Position numbers and translations under genes: made by a program. Shown piece after piece: positions 1 through 9,573 of a stretch of 64,000 nt of DNA (its first letter is position 1; each line of letters starts with the position of its first letter). Source of the stretch: a virus (taxonomy: Duplodnaviria > Caudoviricetes); the IMG/VR virus record IMGVR_UViG_3300030330_005471, one strand, 5' to 3'. Below the pieces are notes generated by a model. That model was not told where the DNA came from, ran no database searches, and saw only the letters and a program-made list of their open reading frames with translations.

Positions 1-2
1 TT

Positions 3-362
3 GATTTTGTCGGAGCTTCAGTTGTTGCAAGTAACAGTGGAAACAATGTTACAGTAACTTTATCAGACAGTGTTTATACTAGAACAACAGTAACAACAAC
101 TATAACATCTTCTGCTTCAAGTAAGATCCTCGCAGTTTCAGCGTCATCTGCATTAGATATAAGACTACCAGCCGCAACAGGATTTTCTAATGGTCAACAT
201 TTTATAATCAAAGATGAAGCAGGAAATGCAAATACAAACAATATTACCGTTAGAACGTCTGGAGGTGATACTATTGACGGGCAAAGTTCAATTGTGTTAG
301 AATCACCCTACGCAGCGGTCAATCTTTATACAAACGGAAGTAATAAATTCTTTATCTATTAA
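3..362 (+). CDS. 5'-truncated virion fibre/decoration protein (C-terminal beta domain)
   Basis: Frame open from base 3 to TAA 360-362; ends ...IRLPAATGFSNGQHFIIKDEAGNANTNNITVRTSGGDTIDGQSSIVLESPYAAVNLYTNGSNKFFIY, paralogous to the C-terminus of 472..2376. Confidence 0.7.
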   Translation, partial: DFVGASVVASNSGNNVTVTLSDSVYTRTTVTTTITSSASSKILAVSASSALDIRLPAATGFSNGQHFIIKDEAGNANTNNITVRTSGGDTIDGQSSIVLESPYAAVNLYTNGSNKFFIY

Positions 363-384
363 AGTAGATACGCATTCATTTTAA

Positions 385-392
385 CTATTTAT
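385..392 (+). promoter_or_regulatory. Putative late promoter CTATTTAT
   Basis: CTAnTTA motif recurring upstream of structural genes. Confidence 0.55.
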
Positions 393-471
393 ATCGAAAT
401 GGGCGTACGCGTCCATGAATCGTTATATTCGCTATAATGATTCAGCTATTATATCTATGGAGGATTAAAAA

Positions 472-2376
472 ATGGCTTATAAATTTCTAATTGGAACAAT
501 GAAAACCGTTGGTACTATTGATGTATCTGGTGGTGACATTGATCTTCCAAACAACGCAGTAGATGAGGCTGACATTAGCAACTCTGCTGTTTCAAATGAC
601 AAACTTGCTGGTTCAATTGCTGATTCAAAGTTGTCTCAAATCACCACAGCAGATAAGGTTGCCGGTTCTGCTGTTCAATTGTCCGCTCAAACGGCTATTG
701 AAAACAATACAGGTCTTCGCTTGAAATCAGCTATTGCTGGTAGCGGTCTTGCCTTGAGTGCTGCTCAGGTTCTTTCTGTTGAAGTTTCTGGTGCTTTAAA
801 AATTACTGGTGACAAGGTCGGTCTTTCTGGTTCATTTGCAGGAACTGGGCTTGAATATGATGGTGGGGTTGACTCTATTTCAAGTCTTTCCGTTGAACTT
901 TCTGACACAGGTGGTCTTCAACATAGTGCTGGTGGTATTGAAATTGTTCTGAACGACGAAGGTGGTCTCGAGTTGGTTGAAGACGGTATGGGACTTAAAG
1001 CTGCTGTTGCTGGTGATGGACTTGCTCATAATTTGGGTGTTCTTTCTGTTTCAGTTGATGACTCATCTATCGAAACTAATTCTGACACTTTGCGTATTAA
1101 AGCAGCTGGTGTTACCAATGCTATGCTTGCAGGTTCTATTGGAAACGCTAAATTAGCTAACTCTTCTGTGACAGTTACCGCAGGTGACGGTCTCTCTGGT
1201 GGTGGTTCTGTATCGCTTGGAGGCACAGTTTCTGTTGCTGTTCAGGTCGACGATTCATCAATCGAAACTAGTGCTGATACTTTACGTGTTAAAGCAGGTG
1301 GTGTTACTAACGATATGTTGGCTGGTTCTATTGATCAAGCTAAACTAGCTGGTTCAATTCCTGATACAAAGCTAAACGCTATTTCAACTGCTAATAAGGT
1401 TGAAGCATCTGCTCTCGAACTTGCAACCAACACTGCTATGGAAGATGACGGTGGTCTTTGTCTTAAAGCCGGAATTGCTGGTGATGGTCTTGCAATCGCA
1501 GAATCTGGTGGAAATCAGGTTTTATCTGTTAGTGTTGATGATTCATCAATCGAAACTAATTCTGATGCTCTTAGAATCAAAGCCGCTGGTGTTACAAATG
1601 CCATGCTTGCTGGTTCAATTGAAAATGCTAAATTAGCAAACAGTGCAATGACCATCGCTGGAACTTCTGTTTCACTTGGTGGAAGTATTGCTGCTAGTGT
1701 TGTTGCAGCTGCTATTGACGGTGAAAACATGGCTATCACAGGTTTGACTGATCTTGATGTTGCTTCTGCTGGTAACATCACTATTCTTGACACAGTTGGA
1801 GCTAACACTCTTACTGTAGGTGCGGCAGGAACTACTGTTAATATTGCTGGTAACTTAACCGTTGCTGGATCTACAACAACTATTAACACTGAAACAGTTA
1901 CAATTGCCGATCATAACCTTGTTTTAGACAGTAATAATGCAACATCAGACGTTGTTAATCAGGCCGGTATTACGATTGAAGGTGGTTCTGGTGATGACAT
2001 AACCTTCCAGTACAATTCAACATCAGGTAACATGGAACTTAAGAAGGGTTCTGATGTAATGACACTTATAGCAAACATTTCTGGAGCTAGTACTGAGACT
2101 GTTCAAACAATCTCAGCTGATGCTACCTTGAACTTAGGAAATGGAACAATTGTTTTGTGTAATGCTTCTTCTGGCAATGTTACAATCACTCTACCTGCGG
2201 CTTCTGGTAACTCAGGAAAGATTGTTAAGTTTAAAAGAACTGACAGTTCAGGTAATTCAGTTATTTTAGATGGTAACGCTAGTGAAACAATTGATGGAGA
2301 AGCTACGGTGACTATGTCTTCTGCTTTTGCTGCTCTTAGTTTGGTTTGTAATGGTACTGCTTGGTTCATTATGTAA
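472..2376 (+). CDS. Gly/Ser/Ala-rich virion fibre protein with internal repeats
   Basis: 634 aa; three VDDSSIET.xDxLRxKAxGVTNxMLAGSI repeats; GGAGG RBS; structural context. Confidence 0.7.
   Translation: MAYKFLIGTMKTVGTIDVSGGDIDLPNNAVDEADISNSAVSNDKLAGSIADSKLSQITTADKVAGSAVQLSAQTAIENNTGLRLKSAIAGSGLALSAAQVLSVEVSGALKITGDKVGLSGSFAGTGLEYDGGVDSISSLSVELSDTGGLQHSAGGIEIVLNDEGGLELVEDGMGLKAAVAGDGLAHNLGVLSVSVDDSSIETNSDTLRIKAAGVTNAMLAGSIGNAKLANSSVTVTAGDGLSGGGSVSLGGTVSVAVQVDDSSIETSADTLRVKAGGVTNDMLAGSIDQAKLAGSIPDTKLNAISTANKVEASALELATNTAMEDDGGLCLKAGIAGDGLAIAESGGNQVLSVSVDDSSIETNSDALRIKAAGVTNAMLAGSIENAKLANSAMTIAGTSVSLGGSIAASVVAAAIDGENMAITGLTDLDVASAGNITILDTVGANTLTVGAAGTTVNIAGNLTVAGSTTTINTETVTIADHNLVLDSNNATSDVVNQAGITIEGGSGDDITFQYNSTSGNMELKKGSDVMTLIANISGASTETVQTISADATLNLGNGTIVLCNASSGNVTITLPAASGNSGKIVKFKRTDSSGNSVILDGNASETIDGEATVTMSSAFAALSLVCNGTAWFIM
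1039..1640 (+). repeat. Intragenic repeated module (about 30-40 codons, three copies near 1050, 1245, 1530)
   Basis: gttgatgactcatctatcgaaactaattctga / gtcgacgattcatcaatcgaaactagtgctga / gttgatgattcatcaatcgaaactaattctga. Confidence 0.85.
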
Positions 2377-2411
2377 TATTTTAGAGAAATAAGATTATTA
2401 TCTTTGCTCAT

Positions 2412-2440
2412 AAAAGGTCGGGTCTTTACCCGACCTTTTT
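2412..2440 (+). terminator. Rho-independent terminator (possibly bidirectional)
   Basis: aaaa-ggtcgggt-cttt-acccgacc-ttttt. Confidence 0.9.
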
Positions 2441-2448
2441 CTATTTAC
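2441..2448 (+). promoter_or_regulatory. Putative late promoter CTATTTAC
   Basis: Directly after the terminator, 20 nt before the ATG at 2468. Confidence 0.6.
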
Positions 2449-2467
2449 TGTTAAAAGGAGATATAAT

Positions 2468-3805
2468 ATGGCCTATAAATTTTCAAAAGGTTCGCAAGTT
2501 ATCGGAGATCTAAAAGCAGAAGATGATGCTCAAGGAGATACTGAGATAGATTTTAGCGAAGATAAAATAGATCTAAAGACTGGTGGTTCGACAAGGTTGT
2601 CAATCGAGAATAATGAAATAACCACAACGGTACCGATTCATATCAGCGGATCTGTAACTGAAGGGTTGAGAATAGGAAAAGCGGGAAGTCATTATAGAGA
2701 AATACAATTTGAGACCGACGGTGTAGATACAGCGTTTATACAAGTTGATTCATCCGAAGGTTTGGTAATTGGCTGCCAGTCTGTCAATGATGAAATAATT
2801 TTTCAAACAACTGATGGTGTCGGTATTGCCGAAAGGATGAGAATAGCGGCAAATGGCAAGGTTGGTATCGGAAACACAGATCCACAAATTGATTTACATA
2901 TTGAAGGAGTTCACCCTAGAGTAAGGGTTGAATCAAGTAATGGATCTTATCCCGGCTTCGAACTGTCGGATCAAGGCACTAGAAAATGGGCTTTACTTAA
3001 TGACCCATCTGACGATAAATTTTTAATCAAGACAGATGCAAATACTAGATTTGTTATAGAGCAAGATGGCAAGGTTGGCATTGGTTCTGATAGTCCATCT
3101 CACAAACTTGACATTAACGGAGATATCCGAGTTAGAGGAAATGATATACGAGACAACTCAGGAAACCCTGCGATTACTTTTGACGGCTCAGCAAACACAA
3201 CAATCAATGGAACTCTATCAGTTAACAATTACACATTGCCTGCCTCTGATGGAAATAATGGACAGGTTCTTCAAACAAACGGAAGTGGACAGCTTAGTTT
3301 TGTTGATGTTGATGATGGAGAAGGCGGTGGCGGCGGTGAAACACCAGAAGTTTTAAAAGTCGGATTGAATTCAGATCTTACATTACAGACAGGAACATAT
3401 CACACACTTGCTCTAGATGTTGTTCAGTTTGACACGTTTACCGGAGGAGCAGGATGGAACACAGGGTCTTACAATTTTGTTGCTACGGAAGCAGGATATT
3501 ATGATATCCAAGCAGCCTTAGTTTTTGACGCAATTCAAAGCGATATAACTCAATATCAAATATATTTGGTCAGCACCAGCTCAGCTAGCACTACAAATTC
3601 TTCTGGTATCCCATTTATAGCTCTAAACCAATACAACAATAACCCAGCACAAGTAGATATGAGAACATTTCATCTTAGCACAATAGCTCATTTTAGCACA
3701 AACCAAAGTGCTAGTATACAGATTCGTCAAGTTGGCGGAACGAGTAATAGTACAAAAGTAAAAGCTGGTTCAAACATAAGTTATGTTACTATAAAAAAGC
3801 TGTAG
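2468..3805 (+). CDS. Fibre/adhesin protein with GKVGIG repeats and a C1q-like C-terminal domain
   Basis: ERMRIAANGKVGIG and RFVIEQDGKVGIG repeats, LPASDGNNGQVLQTNGSGQLSF motif, C-terminal FDT..YNFVATEAGYYDI. Confidence 0.7.
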   Translation: MAYKFSKGSQVIGDLKAEDDAQGDTEIDFSEDKIDLKTGGSTRLSIENNEITTTVPIHISGSVTEGLRIGKAGSHYREIQFETDGVDTAFIQVDSSEGLVIGCQSVNDEIIFQTTDGVGIAERMRIAANGKVGIGNTDPQIDLHIEGVHPRVRVESSNGSYPGFELSDQGTRKWALLNDPSDDKFLIKTDANTRFVIEQDGKVGIGSDSPSHKLDINGDIRVRGNDIRDNSGNPAITFDGSANTTINGTLSVNNYTLPASDGNNGQVLQTNGSGQLSFVDVDDGEGGGGGETPEVLKVGLNSDLTLQTGTYHTLALDVVQFDTFTGGAGWNTGSYNFVATEAGYYDIQAALVFDAIQSDITQYQIYLVSTSSASTTNSSGIPFIALNQYNNNPAQVDMRTFHLSTIAHFSTNQSASIQIRQVGGTSNSTKVKAGSNISYVTIKKL

Positions 3806-3847
3806 CCTCGACTTTTATAATGGTTTGTCCTTTTCTCCTTGTGATCA

Positions 3848-3855
3848 CTATTTAT
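3848..3855 (+). promoter_or_regulatory. Putative late promoter CTATTTAT
   Basis: Upstream of the scaffold/capsid operon. Confidence 0.6.
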
Positions 3856-3886
3856 TGTTGATAAACGTTTATTAGGAGATGTATTA

Positions 3887-4915
3887 ATGTCATCATTATT
3901 AGAACAAGCAATTGTGGATGCACAGGCACTACGCGAAGCAGCGTTAAAGAATGCTGAGCAATCTGTAATTGAGAAGTATGCACCTGAAATTAAGGCTGCT
4001 GTTGAGTCTCTCTTGGAAGGAGACAATAAACAAGAAGTAATTAAAGAAGAGTATGATATTCCATATGCCGCCGATCCTGTTGATGAAGCACAGAATGTTG
4101 AAATGGTTGTTGAGTATGAGTTCAATCCAGAAGACTTTAGTCTTGATTTGAATTCTCTTCAAGACGGACCAGAACAAGGTACTGAAGCTCCCGAAATGGA
4201 TATGGGCATGGAAACCCCTGCTGCGACTGAAGAGGCTGCTCCTGCTGGAACTGAGGGCGGTTTAGAGGATCTCTTGGCGGAGTCTGACCTTGATGAGGAG
4301 AATGACCTTGTCAGCGAGATTCTAGCAATTCTCGAAGAATCTGATGAAGACGAAGAAGAGGTTGTTGAAGAGGGTTTGACCGTTGATGTCGGAGCTGAGA
4401 AGCATGGTTGGATAACAACTGATGACGCAACCAGAAAGTACGACCAAGAATTGGAATTGGCAAAACGCCAGTCTGATGAATATAAAGAAAAAGCAGATAA
4501 GTTGACCGGAGAGCTAGAAGGCTTGAAGAACTCATTAGCAACTTATCAAACAAATCAAGACAAACTTCATGGAGCCATTGCTGACATGAAGGACAAGCTT
4601 GAAGAAGCATTGATTAGCAATGCCCGTTTACTATATACAAATAAAGTTTTAAGCGATGCCTCCTTGAATGAGCGACAAAAGTCAAAACTTGTCGAAGTCA
4701 TCGCTAAGGCAGAAACAATAAAGGAAGCAAAGTCTATGTACGAGACCCTTAAAGAAGCTACAGTGGGAGCAAACAAAAAGTCTCCACAATCACTTAGTGA
4801 GTCCGTAAATCGTAGATCAAATCTTTCTCATGTTATGCCACGCCGCAAGCAAGAAACTTTAAATGAAAACCATTCTTTCACAGATAGAATGAAAAAGCTT
4901 GCAGGCATAGACTAA
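3887..4915 (+). CDS. Prohead core scaffolding protein (T4 gp22-like role)
   Basis: Acidic coiled coil immediately before the capsid gene; many (L/I/V)xE sites; ends RMKKLAGID. Confidence 0.75.
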   Translation: MSSLLEQAIVDAQALREAALKNAEQSVIEKYAPEIKAAVESLLEGDNKQEVIKEEYDIPYAADPVDEAQNVEMVVEYEFNPEDFSLDLNSLQDGPEQGTEAPEMDMGMETPAATEEAAPAGTEGGLEDLLAESDLDEENDLVSEILAILEESDEDEEEVVEEGLTVDVGAEKHGWITTDDATRKYDQELELAKRQSDEYKEKADKLTGELEGLKNSLATYQTNQDKLHGAIADMKDKLEEALISNARLLYTNKVLSDASLNERQKSKLVEVIAKAETIKEAKSMYETLKEATVGANKKSPQSLSESVNRRSNLSHVMPRRKQETLNENHSFTDRMKKLAGID

Positions 4916-4938
4916 AATACAATTAAGGAGGTATAAAA

Positions 4939-6765
4939 ATGTCTATAATTGAAAAATTGACAGAAGGCATCGTTAACCGTGATATGAAAGCGGAAGGTAG
5001 TGCACTTCTTAACAAGTGGTCCCAAACTGGACTTCTTGAGGGTCTTGAGACCCAACACGAGCAATCAACCATGGCTCGTCTTTTGGAAAACCAAGCAAAA
5101 GAACTTCTTCGTGAGGCTTCATCTATGGGAGCTGATAATGTTGACGGTTTTGCTGCTGTTGCTTTTCCTATCGTTCGTCGAGTATTCGCTGGACTTATTG
5201 CAAATGAACTTGTAAGCGTTCAACCAATGTCTTTGCCATCTGGTTTGATCTTCTTCCTTGACTTCACTTATGGTAGTGAACTTAACGGAGATCTTACATC
5301 TGCTAGTCGCTTTGGTAACACCATGGGTGGAACTAAGTCGATTTACGGTACAGATGATGTTGCATCACAAATCGCTGATGGTGTGAGCCTAGTTGGTGCT
5401 TCTTCAAAAGCAGGATTTGGTGGACCCGGACGTGATGGTTCTTTTGCCGGAGCTTACGCTTCTCCAACTGGAAGTAACAACACTGATATTGCTGCTGGTA
5501 TTACCGCTAAAGAAAGAACGTTTCTTTTAAATGGCAGTGTTTCTGAAGATGACGCTAAAAAAATCAAATATGATCCAGATCTTCTATCATTAACTGATGG
5601 AACAGGAGTTGTTGTATTGGACGTTCTTAAAGCTGAACATGATTCAACAGAGGGCGATCCAGATTATGATAATTTGGCAGCATTTATTCTAAACATCACT
5701 GGTGCTTCTGGGGATGACGTCTTTGCTGGTTTAAGTGGTACTTCTGCTTGTAACCAAATTCGTCGATTAACAGACACAATTCCTAGTGCTGATGCAATGG
5801 TTAATGGTGATGCGATTCGCTATGTTTATAGTGTCACTGCTGGTACCGTTGCGGCTTCTGCTGCTGGAACCAATATCACTAGTCTTATTCACAAAAGTCT
5901 GTCAGAATATCCTTTAAGGGAGAGTTTTACTGCATCTGGTACTCCCGTTGGAGCTATTGACGGATATGCATATCCTTTGGAAAACAATCCAAACATTCCA
6001 GAGATCGATATCAAGGTAGATAGTATCGCTATCACAGCACAAACCAAAAAGTTGAAAGCCAAGTGGACTCCTGAATTGGGACAAGACTTGAATGCTTATC
6101 ACAATTTGGATGCTGAGGTAGAGTTGACTTCTATCCTTTCTGAGCAAATTGCTCTTGAGATTGATCGTGAGATTCTTGCTGACCTTGTAAATGGTGCAAC
6201 TGCTGCAACATACTACTGGTCTCGTTCTCCCGGATTGTTTGTTAACAGAGAAACTGGTGCTGAACTTGGCGCAACTTCGGCTGCTCCTGACTTTACCGGA
6301 ACTGTTTCTGAGTGGTATGAGACTCTTATTGAAACCATCAATGATGTTTCCGCTCAAATCCATAGAAAGACACTTCGTGGCGGAGCTAACTATGTTGTAG
6401 TTTCTCCTGAAGTTGCTAATATCCTTGAGTTCACAAGCGGATTCCGTGCAAACGTAACTGCTGATGCTGACAAAGGTGATATCGGTGCTGTTAAGGCAGG
6501 AAGTCTTTCTCGTAAGTTTGATGTGATCGTTGATCCTTATTTCCCAAGAAATGCTATTCTTGTTGGACGTAAAGGAGCTTCTTTCCTTGAGTCTGGTTAT
6601 GTATATGCACCTTATGTGCCTCTACAAACTACACCTACAATCTTCGGACCAGAAGACTTTGTTCCTCGTAAAGGCGTAATGACTCGTTACGCTAAGAAGA
6701 TGGTACGTTCTGATATGTACGGTCTTGTTATCGTTCGAGGTCTTCTAGGTGAAGCTGGTGCATAA
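4939..6765 (+). CDS. gp23: Major capsid protein, T4 gp23 family
   Basis: VSVQPMSLPSGLIF, TKKLKAKWTPELGQDLNAYHNLDAEVEL, GYVYAPYVPL, GVMTRYA motifs. Confidence 0.97.
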   Translation: MSIIEKLTEGIVNRDMKAEGSALLNKWSQTGLLEGLETQHEQSTMARLLENQAKELLREASSMGADNVDGFAAVAFPIVRRVFAGLIANELVSVQPMSLPSGLIFFLDFTYGSELNGDLTSASRFGNTMGGTKSIYGTDDVASQIADGVSLVGASSKAGFGGPGRDGSFAGAYASPTGSNNTDIAAGITAKERTFLLNGSVSEDDAKKIKYDPDLLSLTDGTGVVVLDVLKAEHDSTEGDPDYDNLAAFILNITGASGDDVFAGLSGTSACNQIRRLTDTIPSADAMVNGDAIRYVYSVTAGTVAASAAGTNITSLIHKSLSEYPLRESFTASGTPVGAIDGYAYPLENNPNIPEIDIKVDSIAITAQTKKLKAKWTPELGQDLNAYHNLDAEVELTSILSEQIALEIDREILADLVNGATAATYYWSRSPGLFVNRETGAELGATSAAPDFTGTVSEWYETLIETINDVSAQIHRKTLRGGANYVVVSPEVANILEFTSGFRANVTADADKGDIGAVKAGSLSRKFDVIVDPYFPRNAILVGRKGASFLESGYVYAPYVPLQTTPTIFGPEDFVPRKGVMTRYAKKMVRSDMYGLVIVRGLLGEAGA

Positions 6766-6798
6766 TCACTAGCGATTTAAACCAAAGAACAAAAAAAT

Positions 6799-6827
6799 GC
6801 CCTCAACCTTTTGGTTGGGGGTTTTTT
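6799..6827 (+). terminator. Rho-independent terminator after capsid gene
   Basis: gccctcaacc-tttt-ggttggggg-tttttt. Confidence 0.85.
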
Positions 6828-6840
6828 CCTTTTGGAGAAA

Positions 6841-6848
6841 CTACTTAC
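6841..6848 (+). promoter_or_regulatory. Putative late promoter CTACTTAC
   Basis: Between terminator and next gene. Confidence 0.6.
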
Positions 6849-6897
6849 TATGAAACGAACCTTTATGGTTCTCAACTTTTATTAAGGAGATTATATT

Positions 6898-7347
6898 ATG
6901 GCTAAAGTTGGAAGAGCGGCTCGTGTCGCAAGTCGTCAGAGAGTTGAAATTCTTGGTGACGCTGATAAAACAATTCAATCTGCTGAGACAGGTGAGCTTT
7001 ACATTTTGACTAGTGACCTTACTGGTTTGCGTACTGTAACCTTACCAGCCCCACAAGATGGTGCTTATTTTAAGTTTATGGTTATGGCGCTCTTAGACGG
7101 TGCGTCACTAAAAATCAAAACTCATGATGCCGGTACTCACTTCATAGGTGGACTGCTACATCAAGATAGTGATAACACTACTGCTAATTTTGTTGAAGAG
7201 GATGGTAGTGGTAATGCTGATGAGATTTTAATTAAGCACGATAACGATGGTACGAAATTCGGTAGTTGGGTTGAGTGTGTATCTGACGGAACTAGTTGGT
7301 ATGTAACTGGTGTTATACATGCTGATGAGGCTCCAACAATTAGTTAA
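6898..7347 (+). CDS. Putative capsid decoration/structural protein
   Basis: Follows capsid gene; TVTLPAPQDGAYFKF...CVSDGTSWYV resembles the C-terminal domain of the fibre genes. Confidence 0.55.
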   Translation: MAKVGRAARVASRQRVEILGDADKTIQSAETGELYILTSDLTGLRTVTLPAPQDGAYFKFMVMALLDGASLKIKTHDAGTHFIGGLLHQDSDNTTANFVEEDGSGNADEILIKHDNDGTKFGSWVECVSDGTSWYVTGVIHADEAPTIS

Positions 7348-7357
7348 TAGGTGACCT

Positions 7358-7723
7358 ATGGGACGTAAAGCAAAAAGAGCTAAAGTACTCGTACGACAAA
7401 TGCGAATCACAGGACAAGAGATTGATCCTGTGGTTGCTCGTCGTTGCGGTGTAGAAAAACAAAACCAACAACTCATTGATGCTCGACTTGAAAAAGAAGC
7501 AGAAGAGCGTCGCTTAGCTGAAGAAGCCGAACGCAAAGAGCGTGAAGCATTGGAAGCAAAACAAAAAGCAGAAGCCGAGGCAAAACGTAAGGCTGAAGAA
7601 GCCAAGCGAAAAGCCGAAGAAGCAGCAAAGAAAAAAGCAGAAACCGCTCGTAAGAGAAAAGAGGCTGCTGCTAAAAAGAAAGCTGCTGCTAAGAAAAAAG
7701 TACAATCTCCTGAAGAAAACTAA
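7358..7723 (+). CDS. Lys/Ala/Glu-rich basic protein (histone H1/TolA-like composition)
   Basis: AEEAKRKAEEAAKKKAE...AAAKKKAAAKKK tail. Confidence 0.6.
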   Translation: MGRKAKRAKVLVRQMRITGQEIDPVVARRCGVEKQNQQLIDARLEKEAEERRLAEEAERKEREALEAKQKAEAEAKRKAEEAKRKAEEAAKKKAETARKRKEAAAKKKAAAKKKVQSPEEN

Positions 7724-7751
7724 TTACTAATATTAATATTAGTCCTCCGTT

Positions 7752-7781
7752 GCCCCTTGCTTATGCTTGGGGCGTTTTCTT
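7752..7781 (+). terminator. Probable terminator
   Basis: gcccc...ggggc stem followed by ttttctt. Confidence 0.6.
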
Positions 7782-7791
7782 ATAAGGAAAA

Positions 7792-7799
7792 CTACTTAC
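7792..7799 (+). promoter_or_regulatory. Putative late promoter CTACTTAC
   Basis: 22 nt before neck gene ATG. Confidence 0.6.
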
Positions 7800-7820
7800 T
7801 AAAGACTGGAGGAATCATGC

Positions 7821-9071
7821 ATGTCATTACCCACTTTAACACCAACATCAACCACATCAGCGATCACATTACCTGAAACAGGCAGTGCTGCCGATGTCGC
7901 CGCAGCCTTGCCTCTTGGCGTATATTCAAGCTCACAGCAGTTCTTAACAGGAGCCGCAGCGCAGGTTGCTTTTGTATATAAAAGACTTGGCGGAGATATT
8001 CTTGATATCGAAATAACAGCAAAGAACGTCTATGCTTCCTTCGAAGATGCAGTATTAGAATACTCTTATATTGTAAACCTTCATCAATCGAAAAATGCTC
8101 TTGGATCTGCTCTTGGATCTCCCACAGCATCATTTGATCACAAAGGTGAAGTATCGTCAGGAGCAGATGGAGCTTCACTAAAGTTTCCAAAGTTTACTTT
8201 TGATTATGCTTTTGATATCGGAGATACATTCGCAACAGAAGCAGGAGTTGGAGGTTCCGAGCCTATCTACAGTGCGTCATTTTCACCATCTTCCAACCAA
8301 CAAGATTATGATCTACAAAATATTGTCAGTGCATCATCAGCGGCTGGTGGTGTTCCTTATGCCGGATTAGTAGGTAATAATAGAATTAAAATAAGGCAGC
8401 TGTATTATATCACACCTCGGCAGATGTGGAGATTTTATGGATATTATGGCGGACTCAATGTTGTTGGAGACTTTCACAACTACGGACAGTTTGCAGACGA
8501 ATCAACCTTTCAAGTTATTCCAGCGTGGCAAAACAAACTACAGGCAGTTTCTTATGAGGATCATCTTTACACAAGAACTTCTCATTATTCATATGAGATA
8601 ATTGATAACAAGCTTAGAATTTATCCAATACCAACGAGTATATCTCCCGAAAAGTTCTGGTTCAGATTCACAATTGATGGCAATCAGTCTCCATTTACCG
8701 GAGATGCAGCATCAGGACAAGAAGGCGTCAATAATATGAACACTCTTCCGTTCCAAAATATACCATATGATAACATAAACTCGATGGGTAAACAATGGAT
8801 TAGAAGATTCTCACTCGCTCTTTGCAAGGAAGTCCTTGGACAAGTCAGAGGAAAGTTTGGTGGAACCGTTCCAATTCCCGGCGAGACCGTCAATCTCAAC
8901 GCTTCGGACCTATTGTCTCAAGCGAAAGACGAACAAGCAGCACTCAGAGAAGAATTAAACAAGATACTTGATGAAACAGTATACAGCAAACTTATCGAGA
9001 CAGATAAAGGTATGATCGACAATCAAAATGCGATTATCGCAGCCTCACCTCTCAAGATATTCGTAGGATAA
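7821..9071 (+). CDS. Neck/head-tail adaptor protein (gp13-like)
   Basis: KRLGGDILDIEIT, WIRRFSLALCKEVLGQVRGKF..IPGETVNLNASDL; position before sheath. Confidence 0.75.
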   Translation: MSLPTLTPTSTTSAITLPETGSAADVAAALPLGVYSSSQQFLTGAAAQVAFVYKRLGGDILDIEITAKNVYASFEDAVLEYSYIVNLHQSKNALGSALGSPTASFDHKGEVSSGADGASLKFPKFTFDYAFDIGDTFATEAGVGGSEPIYSASFSPSSNQQDYDLQNIVSASSAAGGVPYAGLVGNNRIKIRQLYYITPRQMWRFYGYYGGLNVVGDFHNYGQFADESTFQVIPAWQNKLQAVSYEDHLYTRTSHYSYEIIDNKLRIYPIPTSISPEKFWFRFTIDGNQSPFTGDAASGQEGVNNMNTLPFQNIPYDNINSMGKQWIRRFSLALCKEVLGQVRGKFGGTVPIPGETVNLNASDLLSQAKDEQAALREELNKILDETVYSKLIETDKGMIDNQNAIIAASPLKIFVG

Positions 9072-9075
9072 ATAA

Positions 9076-9570
9076 ATGTCAGATGATAACAAATGGTCAA
9101 AACCCGATGCTCCTCCCCCTCCATTATTTCTTGGAGAGAAAGAACGAAATCTTGTAAAACAAGTTAACGATGAAGTTATTGAACGAGTCGTTGGACAACA
9201 GATACTCTATTTTCCCATTGACATCGAGCACACAAACTACCATCCCGTCTACGGAGAAGCCGTTGAAAAGACATTTCTGCCGCCTGTGAGGGTTTATGCC
9301 CTTGTTGAGTATGGAGGCGTTGAAACGGCGTTTATGGACGGTGTAGCCATAGATAAGAAGACAACCGCAACTGTCAAGTTCCACAAGCGGAGACTAACCG
9401 AAGACCAAAATCTCTTTGTAAGAGAAGGAGACTTCATAAGGTACGGAACTATCTTCTATGAGATAGTTAAAACAAACGAACCAAAACAACTGTTTGGTCA
9501 AATTGACCATAAGTTCGAGATTATTGCTGAATGTATAAGAGCGAGAGACGGACTATTTAATGCGGAGTAA
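9076..9570 (+). CDS. Head closure/neck protein (gp14-like)
   Basis: GQQILYFP..HPVYGEA..REGDFIRY..FYEI; gene order. Confidence 0.6.
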   Translation: MSDDNKWSKPDAPPPPLFLGEKERNLVKQVNDEVIERVVGQQILYFPIDIEHTNYHPVYGEAVEKTFLPPVRVYALVEYGGVETAFMDGVAIDKKTTATVKFHKRRLTEDQNLFVREGDFIRYGTIFYEIVKTNEPKQLFGQIDHKFEIIAECIRARDGLFNAE

Positions 9571-9573
9571 ACT

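Noticed and set aside
1039-1640. Possible diversity-generating retroelement template/variable repeats
   Set aside because: In-frame protein repeats with mostly synonymous, not adenine-specific, differences; no reverse transcriptase in the window
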